The notes beneath the pieces were generated by a model. It ran no database searches and had not been told where the DNA came from. It saw nothing but the letters and a program-made list of their open reading frames with translations. Below are positions 41,188 to 54,268 of a stretch of DNA of 64,000 nucleotides, one piece after another. The translations under genes and the position numbers were made by a program. Source of the DNA: Chrysomallon squamiferum (Eukaryota > Animalia > Mollusca); contig CM022665.1 of the NCBI GenBank assembly GCA_012295275.1, forward strand, positions 930,001 through 994,000, read 5' to 3'. Each line of letters opens with the position of its first letter. The first letter of the stretch is position 1.

Positions 41188-44100
41188 TGTATGTATGTAT
41201 AGTATATATGTATGTATATGTGTATGTATATGTATATATGTATGTACGTATGTATGTTTGTAAATATATATATCATACAAGAAAAAATATAGATACAGAG
41301 GTAACACGTACTAACATATACACATACACCCACAAACAAAATCAAACGTGTGAGACTGGTATCTAATGACTGTTAATTAGAAAAAATTGAACCAAGAAAT
41401 TATTTTATTCATTTCATTTAATGACCGAGTTCTATAGGTCGTTAAGCGAATTGGTCGATAAACAAGAAGCCGCCCCTTAATGATAGTTCAAGTATATTTT
41501 TAGTATATTTGTAAACGTTAATACTGTAGTGTACTGTAATAAATAGAATAGATGAAATAAGCTCTAATATACATTACTTAGTTTCGGTTATTCTAAATCC
41601 AGGTATTTATTCTGAATAATGAAAATGTCTAAAGGAAAGTCGAACTTGTTAATTTTGTTTCAGTTTGCGTATCTTTTACAGAAAAATATTATCAGCAAAA
41701 ATTATAACATCTTGTACTGTCGGGTGCACAGTAATGTACAAATATATAGAAGAAATATGTAGTGCTGGAGTCTGCAGTCGCTAGTCAATACTGACGATTG
41801 CAGGAACGAGACTGAGAAAGGGTAATGCGAGAACGAGACTGAGAAAGGGTAATGCGAGAACGAGACTGAGAAAGGGTAATGCGAGAACGAGACTGAAAAA
41901 GGGTAATACAGGAATGAGACTGAGAAAGGGTAATACAGGAACGAGACTGAGAAAGGGTAATTCGAGAACGAGACTGAGAAAGGGTAATGCGAGAACGAGA
42001 CTGAGAAAGAGTAATGCGAGAACGAGACTGAGAAAGGGTAATGCGGGAACGAGACTGAGAAAGGGTAATGCGAGAACGAGACTGAGAAAGGGTAATGAGG
42101 GAACGAGACTGAGAAAGGGTAATGCGAGAACGAGACTGAGAAAGGGTAATGAGGGAACGAGACTGAGAAAGGGTAATGAGGGAACGAGACTGAGAAAGGG
42201 TAATGAGGGAACGAGACTGAGAAAGGGTAATGCGAGAACGAGACTGAGAAAGGGTAATGAGGGAACGAGACTGAGAAAGTGTAATGCGAGAACGAGACTG
42301 AGAAAGGGTAATGTGAGAACGAGACTGAGAAAGGGTAATGAGGGAACGAGACTGAGAAAGTGTAATGCGAGAACGAGACTGAGAAAGGGTAATGTGAGAA
42401 CGAGACTGAGAAAGGGTAATGAGGGAACGAGACTGAGAAAAAGTGTAATGCGAGAACGAGACTGAGAAAGGGTAATGCGAGAACGAGACTGAGAAAGGGT
42501 AATGTGAGAACGAGACTGAGAAAGGGTAATGTGAGAACGAGACTGAGAAAGGGTAATGTGAGAACGAGACTGAGAAAGGGTAATGTGAGAACGAGACTGA
42601 GAAAGGGTAATGTGAGAACGAGACTGAGAAAGGGTAATGTGAGAACGAGACTGAGAAAGGGTAATGAGAGAACGAGACTGAGAAAGGGTAATGTGAGAAC
42701 GAGACTGAGAAAGGGTAATGTGAGAACGAGACTGAGAAAGGGTAATGTGAGAACGAGACTGAGAAAGGGTAATGAGGGAACGAGACTGAGAAAGTGTAAT
42801 GCGAGAACGAGACTGAGAAAGGGTAATGTGAGAACGAGACTGAGAAAGGGTAATGTGAGAACGAGACTGAGAAAGGGTAATGTGAGAACGAGACTGAGAA
42901 AGGGTAATGCGAGAACGAGACTGAGAAAGTGTAATGTGAGAACGAGACTGAGAAAGGGTAATGTGAGAACGAGACTGAGAAAGTGTAATGTGAGAACGAG
43001 ACTGAGAAAGGGTAATGCGAGAACGAGACTGAGAAAGGGTAATGTGAGAACGAGACTGAGAAAGGGTAATGTGAGAACGAGACTGAGAAAGGGTAATGTG
43101 AGAAACGAGACTGAGAAAGGGGGTAATGTGAGAACGAGACTGAGAAAGGGTAATGTGAGAACGAGACTGAGAAAGGGTAATGTGAGAACGAGACTGAGAA
43201 AGTGTAATGTGAGAACGAGACTGAGAAAGGGTAATGCGAGATCAAATGTACAACTTTGACACACCGCACAGCCGACTGGTGGACGAAAGTTTTCTTACCC
43301 GCGCGTACTCTACCGACTGGGCGGAGTGCAAGTCGTAAGTCATTAAATGTGTAGGTCGTTAAGTGAGGAGTACATATAAAACAAAAATGATTTTAGTAAA
43401 TTATCACTGTACGTTTACAGCCCTCTGTACTCCACTGATTTTCTCCGAGGCAGGAGATTTCACTGCCATTCACAGGAACAGCACAGTCATGACACTGTAG
43501 TGGTAGTTTCGATCCTCCAGGCCACCATAGCGTATTCCCACGAATAATTACTTGACCCAGCTGAATTCGAGGCAAACTACACCCTGAATATGGAACATTG
43601 ACAATAGTTTAGTTATTTAATGATTCTCAAAATTCACACCTCATTTATGTTTTTATCGTTTCAGATTCAGAACGTATATGTGAAAACGTTTTTCAGAATA
43701 ATGGTAAACACTGCATACCTATGCGAATGTTATTTTATACGTACCAGAGATGAATATCAAGCAATAATAAAAATAAAAAAGAAAGAGAAATAAAAATAAA
43801 ATTTTATGCCAAAAACCGATTCATCAGCATTTCTCCTGCTGCACTGTTAGTTCAGGTTGTTTAGTGTTTTCATTTATTTTATTATTATTATTATTATTAT
43901 TTTATATATTAAAAAAAATTTGAGTTCGTTTCCTTAACTAACGAGGACTTTATAAAATCCAACCACAACAACAACAGAGAAAAAAAAAAGCTTCATCTGC
44001 TACTACTGCTGCTAGTAATATTACTACATTGCTAACTAATACTGTGTCTTAAACTACTACGACTACTACATCTTGAGGATCAGGAGATTATTTTTTGATA

Positions 44101-44203
44101 TAATATTTACATACCATAACTGAATGTTTCTTCAGAAACATCAACTTCACAGCCACGATATAAGTGTGGATCCGAACATGAACCATTAGAAAAGTGCTTC
44201 AAA

Positions 44204-44240
<37 letters not shown>

Positions 44241-44410
44241 GTAAAAGAAAAATGTTAATCAAACAAGATTACCAACTAAAAAAATAGATATATTCAGCTA
44301 CTTGTATATATGATATTTGCACATCAGTAATTTTGAACCCTTATATGTATATATATATTTTTTATTTCAATTTCACATTTTATTTAAGCAAACGCAAACT
44401 GCTTAAGATA

Positions 44411-44453
<43 letters not shown>

Positions 44454-44770
44454 GAAAAGGTTGAAATAAAAGATCATACCTCCGCTAAATCATTTCTATC
44501 CACAAATATCGTTTTCTGTACGAGTTCGAAATTGGTGAAATTCACTGAACTGTTTACAGAATTGAACTGACATTCCAAGGTAGGTTTTACGAAGTTTATG
44601 GACAAACAACTTGGCACTCTGAAGCAAGCTGCTTCACAGGTATATAAAGCTGAATTTTCTATTGTCACAAAAACATGTCCTTTCAGACGTGTGTTTTCCA
44701 AAGTTGTACTGTAGACTTGATTCCACGTCAACACAACGGCTAGTACTAGTGTATTCATCACACACATCAT
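39373..44770 (-). CDS. Secreted PAN/Apple + Sushi(CCP) + GON domain protein, 7 exons, ~396 aa
   Basis: Exons 44480-44770, 44115-44196, 43413-43583, 40736-41013, 40303-40479, 39714-39858 and 39373-39419 join in frame (1191 nt including TGA). Signal-like N-terminus MMCVMNTLVLAVVLTWNQVYS. PAN motif LKGHVF...CEAACFRVPSCLSINF...CQFN. A phase 1-1 Sushi exon (CSLPRI...LQC...ISC...QW...C). GON domain: PGTCAELQ...DGDYWL...VKIYC...PREYISL...GTTIFQKIRVN...YADARDCY...GTFTIDLLGTG...RCGGWSGGCQP. Confidence 0.88.
41060..41184. repeat. (AAT)n microsatellite with AAC interruptions
   Basis: Direct read. Confidence 0.9.
41803..43241. repeat. 27-bp minisatellite (GAGAACGAGACTGAGAAAGGGTAATGY), ~53 copies, in intron 3 of the GON gene
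   Basis: Tandem units read directly; the ORF track shows 9-aa periodicity (RTRLRKGNV). Confidence 0.97.
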
Positions 44771-46721
44771 TAGTGACCATGTTATCCACAACTAGCTGAC
44801 GAGAGGTGTTTGTATCTGCATGAAGTAGTTGATCGATATCAATTAAATATGCATGTTGTAATAAATCATATTATACTGAAAGAAAAAAAGCTAAAAGTAC
44901 TGTATATATAAAACGTTAAAGCAGCATAGAAATTTACTATAATAAATCGCGTGACAGGTAGCTATCTAAATAGGTTTACTGAAAAAGGATCTATTTTCGA
45001 TTTATTTCTACAACAACAACAACAACAACAACAAGAAGAAAAAGAAGAAGAAGAAGAAGATGATGAATAAGAGTAATAATTGTGATAATTATGATTTTAA
45101 TGATTACGATTATAATCAGAAGTAGTACTTATTTATTAAACAGGATGTTTAAAACAAGTGTAAAAACAAGTGTTTCTTTATAACTTCCATCTTTTCTATA
45201 ACTAAAATGTTTAATTTATCTCGCAACTAAACAGGTGATAAATGTACGAACGTATTATTTATGCACGTATGTATGTATGAATGTATGTATATATGTTTTT
45301 AAGGGATGTTGGCCTTTCATTGATAATATGCAATAGAGAATTTCACAAGAAGAAAAAAAAAAATAACTTGAAATAAAATATTTATTACTAACTGGCCACC
45401 CAAGATAACTTCATGTTAAATAATTATGTTGTTGCTGTTTTTTCTGCTTCTGTTTTTCTTTTAACTGACAACCTGAAATAAAGCTTCTTCGAAACAACAG
45501 CCGCAACAACCGAAACTGCTGAATGCATGAATGAACTGCCTTGAATCACGTTAGCATTATATTATCGGTTATTGAACATTTAGTGACTGTTTTAACATTT
45601 TTCGCTGTCTGAACTGCATAACAGTTGACATACCACTAATAACTTTTAAAGGTCAGGAATATTATACCATTATACGTTATTGCACGAAATTCATGTATGT
45701 AGTTTAAATTAGTTAGTCTTTGCTTCCTTTTTTCTTTTAAAAAAAGAAAAGAAAAAAAATATATTTATTGTTTATTTGGGTTGTTGTTGTTGTTGTGGGG
45801 GGTGTTGTGTTTTTTTTTTTGTTTTTTTTGTTTGTTTGTTTCTTTTGTAAGATATATATTAGAAGTAATCATTGTTATCGTATGGTTAAACTTGTTAAAC
45901 ATTATTTAGTAGACATAGAACGCTATGACGTTTATGATATTTAAAGAAATCAGGTGTGGCGGCGCGTGGGTTACTATAAAATAAAATAAACGTTATAATT
46001 GTTTCAACACTGCAGTCACAACGTATTACAAATCTCGAACAGGAATTAAATAAAAATGTACAATAAACATTATTAATCTATCTCATTTTAAACAACGTGT
46101 TGGCCATATATTTATAAAAATTATTTATTTTATATTATTTATTTTATTTTATTTTATTTTTTCCTATCATATTAGTCTTTTCATATGGCAGTCAACGTAT
46201 TAATTTATTTTCAAAGTAGTAATTATTAATTTGTTTTCGTTCTTTATTTGTGATGGTTTGGTAAACGAGGTGGAACAGTAGCTGTGGATGAATTAACGTA
46301 TTCATTAACAGTTGTATAGTATTAAAGTATTCAATGATTATATTAATCTTGTTTCATACATTAACATATTTTGTTATTTTTTTTTTTTTTTTTTCTTTTT
46401 GTTTAATTTTCTTTTTGGTTTGCTGTCTCTGTTCTTAGTTTGGATGTCACAATAATTTTTAAAACGTTACTGCTTTTATTCGATTAAAACCTTTAAATTA
46501 GAAGCAATCCAAATATTGTTCTGTAGTGTATTCTTTAAACCATTGAACTTAATGCCGCAGTTTTCAGCATGGGATTCTTTGCAAAATATCGTATTCCAGT
46601 GACTGCTGTTTTAAATCGATAAAATGAGTACCCTTATTTATAACATGAAAGTAAACAAAGCAATTTATTTCTTGTTTTACTTTATTGATATTATATAATT
46701 CATTCCAAATTAACTAATATG

Positions 46722-47638
46722 TTAGATATTTGCATCAACACTACACAACTCCACCATACAGTAATTATTGCAGTTCCATGGCCAACGTCTCGGATCGAAG
46801 GTTTCCGTTTTAAGTAAAGTATAAAAGTGTTCGGTCGTCTCTTTCTCCAGTTCATCCAGCAGCTTGTCGAGTTTATTAATTCTCACATTTAAGTCCCTGC
46901 ATCGATTTCGAAGTCTAACCGCATTTATTTCCATTTCAGAATGAAGTGTTTGTAACTTTAGCGTTTCGTGATCCATTGCTTTCGATAAAAGCAGAGGGTA
47001 ATGATTTTGGTAAAATGTCAAAAATTCGTTCCAGTCTTTGGGGTAAATCTCCTTCAGTGCCATCAACTCATACAGTAACTGAGCCAACTTGCTCTCTAAA
47101 TACAATGGTGGAGCTTTCCCAATTGGTTTTCGTACAAGAAATATCCTGCTTCTTAGCAGTTTTATAAATTCTGCATATGAAAGCATTTTCGAAGATTTTT
47201 CCCTTGCCAAAGTCGGCTCGGTTTCAGGTTCTGTGACTGAGGGTTTGGTAAAAGGTATTTTTGCCACCGAAAGCTTTTCTGACGGCTCAAAATGAGACGG
47301 TTTCTGTTCTGGATACCTGTAACACATGAGATATACAGCCCGCATACTGGATTTCTTTTGACACGTCGTGGGTACATGGCTACCTCTTTTTAAGGTTACT
47401 ATGGATTCACATTTTAGTTCCTTATCCAAATCATACTTTTGTTGTTTTCCTAAATGATGTCAAAATGATGATGAAAAAAAAAAAAAGAAAAAGAATAATA
47501 ATAAATAAAATAAAATAAAATAAAATAAATAAAAATACAAATAAAATAAATAAAAATACAAATAAAATAAAGTTTGTTAAAACCTAATCTTAATTTATTA
47601 TTATTTCTGTTTTCTTTTTTAAACGAATTTATCATCAT
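46722..47638 (-). CDS. Uncharacterised protein, paralog A of a tandem pair (~260 aa)
   Basis: Large terminal exon 46722-47449 after a phase-1 TAG acceptor. It joins in frame to candidate exon 47584-47638 (MMINSFKKENRNNNKLRLG). The protein is non-repetitive and clearly homologous to the ORF at 49341-50069. AATAAA signals lie just downstream (46681-46686 and others). Confidence 0.75.
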
Positions 47639-47723
47639 CTTTATTGAACTTAAAGGTAGATTACCTCACACTGCAAAATTAATAAAGTAAAAAATTACAA
47701 TAAAAAATACATAGATTACTTAC

Positions 47724-47880
47724 TTGAAGTTTGACCAAGACCGAACAGATGACTTTCATACAGACCTCTCCAGATATATAATCTCGACAACGGCCAGTTT
47801 TGAAAGAGGTTCATTTTGTCATAGCCCCAAAAACCTATTTCTTTTAAGCTTTTGCATGACGTTGTAAAATGACGTAATAA
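47724..47880 (-). promoter_or_regulatory. Candidate promoter and first exon of paralog A
   Basis: TTATATAT at ~47775-47782, two TGACGT CRE half sites at ~47857-47876, and a strong donor CAA|GTAAGT at 47724/47723. Confidence 0.4.
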
Positions 47881-48198
47881 AAATAATTTCTTTTAACGAA
47901 ATAATTATTATAGATGATTATTTCTGACATAGAAGATTCAGTATTTTATTTTTTGTTTTTCCTTCAGAACACTTTAGTTCAGTGTGACTTGGTTAAACAG
48001 CGCAGGATGTTTTAAGTTTTTTTCTCGATGACGCCAATTACACCCTCCCGTTCCTCCCCATTTGTTTATTTAAACCAACAAAAATACTGTTTCAGGAAAA
48101 GTTAATTTGATTATTAAACTAAACGTCATCATAATTATGATATAATAAAGTAACAGGAGACAAAAACAACAATAACAGCAGTAATAAAAAAAAAAAAA

Positions 48199-48259
<61 letters not shown>

Positions 48260-48404
48260 AATAATAATAATAATAATAATTCATCACAGCGATTTAAAAT
48301 CTCATCTCTTTGTTTTTACTGCCTTAACATATACATTTCTCCAAAGAGAAAATTCAGCACTACGTTTGTTGAACCTGAAAATATAATCCTTAGCTGTACT
48401 CCTC

Positions 48405-48591
<187 letters not shown>

Positions 48592-48914
48592 TTTCCTAAA
48601 GGTTTAAGCAGGAGTATCTAGTTTTGGATATGCATAAGGTCCTGTGCAAGTTAATATGATCTTAAAGTGTACCTTCGGTGAAACAAAACAAAAAATGATC
48701 TAAATTTTTGTTTATTTTGTTAATATTTTTATTCAGTTAATTAATTAATTAATTTATTATTGTTGTTGTCACTTTATTTATTTATTTTATTTCCCCACTT
48801 CCAGTCTTAATAACAAAATGCCAGTACGAAAGAATACATTTTACAAAAAAATAAGTTAGTTGTTTAAAACAGAAAGATAATAACTTCCAAGTAGCCTATA
48901 GATTTTAAATAATA

Positions 48915-48969
<55 letters not shown>

Positions 48970-49340
48970 TAACAATAATAGTGATCATAATGATGATAAC
49001 AATGACAGTAATTACGATGATAATTTTTATTGCATTATTATTTTATACATGTGTATCTAATATAAACAAGAGGAAAATGAAAAAAAAAAAAAAAAAAAGA
49101 ATGAAAGAGAGCTTTCAGCAGTGGCAGTAGATACAACATATCTGACGAAACCCAAAGATATTACATATTTAATTATCAAATGTTTATAATAATTTACAAA
49201 ATAAACCGGTGATTCATTCTCGCTAAGTATTATAAGGTACAATGACAACACACTGTGTGATTTCAGTACGCCACTGTTTTGTATAGCTTTTGTACTGTAT
49301 TGTTTTTATACGGTGAGAGGGAATCTGAGAAATAATTCAT

Positions 49341-50069
49341 CTAACAGTAACGTGATTCGTTCCAAGGCCACTGTCTGGGGTCGAAGGTTTCTGCCCTGAG
49401 TTCAGTAACAAACACTTCATTTTCCATTTCTTTTTCCAGTTCGTCTAACAACCTGTCAAAACTCGTAGTCTTACGATTTAATTCATTCGCTCGTTTCTGA
49501 AGTAAGGCCGCATTGTCGAGAGGGGTAGAACATCGTCGTTTTATTATTTTTTCCTTTTCACCCTCGAACTTCCTTTCCAACAGAAGTGGGTAGTGAGACT
49601 GATAGAAACTCCAAGTTTTGATAAAAGAATCGTCAATATTGAAAGGCTTCAAAATCATGGACTTCGATAGTATTTCGATATCCCTACTGGCGACCGGCAA
49701 AGAAGAGACAAACGTTGGTCGCCTTAAAAGGATTTGGTCGGAAGGTAGAGGATGGAATGTTTTAGATCTTTTAAACTGCTGCTGGAACGTCGCTCTTGTT
49801 TCAGGGAAGTTCTTGTTTTGTTTTCTGGTAATCGAGGCAGTTTGTTTGTCAGGAGCTGGGATAGTCGATATCAGAGGTAAAGATGTAGATGTTCCTGGAC
49901 AATGAAATGTGTAACCTTTCAGTAACGCAGCTCGCAGTCTGGGCGTTTTCTGACTTACTTTTGGTAAATGTTGTCCCTTCTTGGCATAAACAACAGAGTT
50001 CTCTCTCAACAGTTCATGTACTTCGCTTATTTGTCGCGGTCCTGTGATAAAAATAAATAAAGAGGCCAT
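49341..50069 (-). CDS. Uncharacterised protein, paralog B of a tandem pair (~240 aa; N-terminus uncertain)
   Basis: A 242-codon ORF sharing three motif blocks with paralog A. It either starts at ATG 50069 or, more likely, is a terminal exon starting at 50041 after the phase-1 acceptor TTTATTTTTATCACAG. Confidence 0.75.
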   Translation of the reverse strand: MASLFIFITGPRQISEVHELLRENSVVYAKKGQHLPKVSQKTPRLRAALLKGYTFHCPGTSTSLPLISTIPAPDKQTASITRKQNKNFPETRATFQQQFKRSKTFHPLPSDQILLRRPTFVSSLPVASRDIEILSKSMILKPFNIDDSFIKTWSFYQSHYPLLLERKFEGEKEKIIKRRCSTPLDNAALLQKRANELNRKTTSFDRLLDELEKEMENEVFVTELRAETFDPRQWPWNESRYC

Positions 50070-53000
50070 TATGAAAAATTATCTTTAATTTTATGGTAAT
50101 AATTATGTTTGGACAGTACTTTAGAACATTGGTATATATTACATATTAAAAATTATGTAGAATTTTAGAAATTATTTGCCTAAGTTAAATCTCACAAAGA
50201 TCTGTGACAAAAAGAAAAAGAAAGTTTATAAAAATGGAGATTTTCATTTCCTTCAATATTAATAGATCTTTACTGTTAATAATATTAATTATTTTTTCAT
50301 AACTTTGTTGACACTGACGTCAGTGACGAGGAGTGACCACAAATGACAAGGATACCGACAACAACAATAACGTCGTATTCCATATTTATCGGTCTGTCAG
50401 TATTATTTTAAAGTTAACAACCTACCACACTGAGGAAAATGAAATCCAGACTTCGAAACTCCTAAAACAACAGGCTTACATTCATCATGGTAGTTCCTGG
50501 GTTGGAGTGTACCCGTTCTAACTCGCACCTTGACCCCCCGAATCTCGTTTAGGGTAGACATATATACTGATATTGACCAAAGTATTTTCTGAGAACATCA
50601 CGGGCAAAAGGTGGCCGATCTCTTCGCATGATTGCCAAAAATTATAAATAAACATGTCAATTACCGATCAAGCAAAGACAACCCGCTGAACAAACGAAAA
50701 ATATAATTTAACGCGAAATACAATTACATATCTGCATACGAAGGGAAATAACTGCAAGCAGAGCTTAATTTGATTTGTGTATCAATTTACCTGCAGTCAA
50801 ATACTTCAACAGTGAAGAAGATTTTGTAATGTAGCAGAGCGGAACATAGTTCTCGGGACCATCAAGTTCATCGATAATATTTTCTTTTCACAGTATAGGC
50901 TAGCAGTGTTTCATATAACTAAAGAGATTAACACAGGACAAAGGCTGCTGTTTGAAACATACGTGTATATTATTAAATATACCCCCACGGCGCAACATAG
51001 AACAAAAGTGTCTAGTAAAGACCAACTTTGAGGTTTAACCATGCATAAGATTTAAAAAAAAAAAAAACAGACAACAACAGCCAATCATCTTTAGATACAG
51101 TCACTGTAGTTCTGTAACATTAAATTTTAATGGAATGTTTATGATTATATAGATAATAAGTGCATAAAATGCACATAATGCACTTAATTTGCATGATGAA
51201 AGTAAATAATATATTTGATTGTGTGCTTAGGGGTTTAAATATGTATGAAATAAAATAAATGTCTTTCTGTTTTTTTCTTTTTTCTTTTTTTGTATGTAAC
51301 TATGAAAAATATTTGACATATATAACAAAAGAAAGAAAGAAAAGTAAAAGAAAAGTAAAAAAAGATTTGAAAAACGAGGTCCGTGAAATTGAGAGTCAAC
51401 AGTATTTGTTTTACTCACTCAGCTATTGTGCACGAATATATTTCAGACGATACATAAAATATTTATGTAACAAAGCTATGATATTTAACTGATTAACTAA
51501 ATAAATAACAACTATAAAAATCTATATTTCTGTTACTGACAGATATTTACGAGTAATTCACTTCAAATCGCATTAAAAACGAATAAAATAAAAATAAGAT
51601 TTATTTCTATTGTTATACAATAATTAAACTGTAATTATCTCTCTTAAAGTTTAAAACTTCATCAATATCTGGAATTGATATCAACGACAGCAACTGCATG
51701 AATTTGTTACTAAAAAAATAAATAAAACTGAAAAATTAAAAACATTAATAAATAACTTTTTGTAAGGTAATGTGTGTGTTTGCATTGTTTTAAAGATATG
51801 TCAGAAAACATCAGTTACACGGAGACGAATAAACAGACCAAATACAGAAAACAACGAATGGTGAACTTTTAATTTTTTTTAATAATTATTATGTGCTTTG
51901 TTTTTATAAAATAATACTGAAAGTCTTTATTACACAGTATTATTATGTGATTTTTATTTTTTTTTTTTTATCTATTAATGCTGACGCCCATAAACACACG
52001 TCTTCATCAAATTATTAGAGCTGTATGAGTATTTAAACTGAAATTATATTTGTTATAAAATGAAATATTTACGTCAAATCAATTCAGTCTAAAACATTTC
52101 TTTTTTAAACTGATACGTGTTATACACATCTAAAACGACAAGCTGTTCCTGCTACTGCCACTACTTTTACTGCCTTATTTTGCCGTTTTTCGCACTGAAC
52201 TGATTTTATTTTTTTTATTTGTGTTTTGAAAATTAATATTGAAATTTTAATAAATATTTTGTTATACAACTGTAGCCATGAATCGACAGAAGCGACTGAG
52301 TAATCTAATAACCATAAATACTGCATGCTGTCCCGACAAATATTAATGTTATTATTTTTCTAAAGATGTTTTATTGCCTCAGAAAATGAATTCGTAATAA
52401 CATGCTTTATTATTATTTTCTATTTTCTTTTTTTAAATTATTATTATTTTTAATAATTCATGTGATAATGAATCCTTGTTGGGTGCATAAAAATAAATGT
52501 ATACAAAATTACTTTTCCAGAGTAAATATTAAATTGCGATTAATTATGAAATATAACTGCATACAAAAGGAAATTAACACTGAGTTTTTAAAGGGTATTA
52601 GATTAATGTTGGTATGTTTCTTTCAGTCTTTCTTGCTGTCTCCAATTCAGTCACCCGCCTTTCTGCTTAACAATATCATCGCCAGGAGCTACAATAACAA
52701 TGATAATATACAGAAATACTTTCTTTACAAATCGCCTTTATACATTTTAACACGTGGACAGACTTGGACCTTCCTGGTCTTGTTTTATTATTTTACTATC
52801 GAAATATAAAATAATAATATGAAAACTTTTTGTTCGAGCTTATAATTTCGTTGTTCTCTGGTCCCAAGCCTTTTGAAGAACATGTGTATATGTTACTCGG
52901 ATAAAACAAAATCAGACATTAAAAGCTGAACTGAATTTTATTAATTCATAATTGTTTCGAAAGTAACGTATCTGTGAGTAATTGATGTTAAGATATATAT

Positions 53001-53441
53001 TCTTAGATACTGTTTTATTTATTATATTCACAGAATAAATAGTTTCATTTATATTATATTTTTAAAACGACAGTAACACTGCTGAATATAACGTGGAAGT
53101 GAAAGTGAAAAGTACATTGCTTATTAAATGTAAAGACATTTAAACAATTATTTAAATCTAATTTTTTACTGAAATAAATGTGCTGCAGGAGTTTATAATT
53201 TTATTCGCTAATGCATTAACTGACGGCAGTCATGTTTTTTTTCGTTATTGCAAAGCTTCAAATTTAGTATGTCCAAAGCTACATTCTTTCACAATTTCTA
53301 TTCCTTTCGTTTCAAGGATTCTTCTGAACATCCGCTATACAAGTCCCGAGGTAAAAATAATTTTGTCCAATGAGATTATTCTGTTGGTCGGAAGTATCCC
53401 GAATGTAACAAATATACCGAATGTCAAATATTTAGAGGTGG

Positions 53442-53472
<31 letters not shown>

Positions 53473-53570
53473 ATTAGATGCATAATTGAGATAGATGCAT
53501 TCAATGTCTACCTTGCAGGGGCAACAAAATAATTATAATATAAAATGTCGACAATCGTAAATGTTGCAGA

Positions 53571-54191
53571 ATGCCTGGTATCGTAGTTTTTGGCCGTCGA
53601 TGGTCGGTCGGGTCAGACGATTTTATCTTGCCCGCATTATTTTTGTTGATACTACATATATCATGGTAAGTAATATTAGAATACTGAAGTCCACAAATCA
53701 CACTTTTATATATTTAGTTAAAGATTAGTTGTAAGAAATTTATCTTTCACAAAAAATAATATATTTAAACAGTAATTTATTTATTTATTTATTTATTTTT
53801 CAATCATCAAAGTTAACGTTAAGAATTAATCATTTAGGAAATCCCAGTCCCAGACCTGCCACTGCCATTCGATTAGTTTTGCCTGTGTACATTTTTAATT
53901 ATTTACTTAATTTCGAAATTCAGAAGGTTGATTTTTCTTTATATTCATACAACATACAGATAATAGATCAGTTACCATATTATCAAAGGCATCTTTTTGA
54001 TTAAGAAAATGTATTTTGATTGCTTGTTTGTGTCAACTTCCCAGTTTGCATTATAACTCTGCCTTGAAGTGACTAGAGTATTATTTATTAAAAATGCTGT
54101 TTTTGATGAATGCAGACAACACTCATTACCCCCCCCAAAAATTAAAATAATAAAATAAAATTCAAGAAAATAATAAAATCATCAGAAAACA

Positions 54192-54268
<77 letters not shown>

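Noticed and set aside
41702-43269. Long ORFs of 520, 494, 251 and 183 aa, and a CRISPR-like appearance
   Set aside because: These are pure 27-bp tandem repeat open in several frames, lying within an intron. There are no unique spacers and no cas genes, so it is neither CDS nor CRISPR.
50500-51410. Possible decayed MITE ends (e.g. GAGAGTCAACAGTA at ~51391-51403; similar fragments at ~26650)
   Set aside because: I could not establish a matching TIR pair or target-site duplication.
53545-53590. Upstream ATGs overlapping the DAGLA start
   Set aside because: TTGCAG immediately before the start looks like a splice acceptor, so these ATGs may be intronic. They cannot be called uORFs without cDNA.
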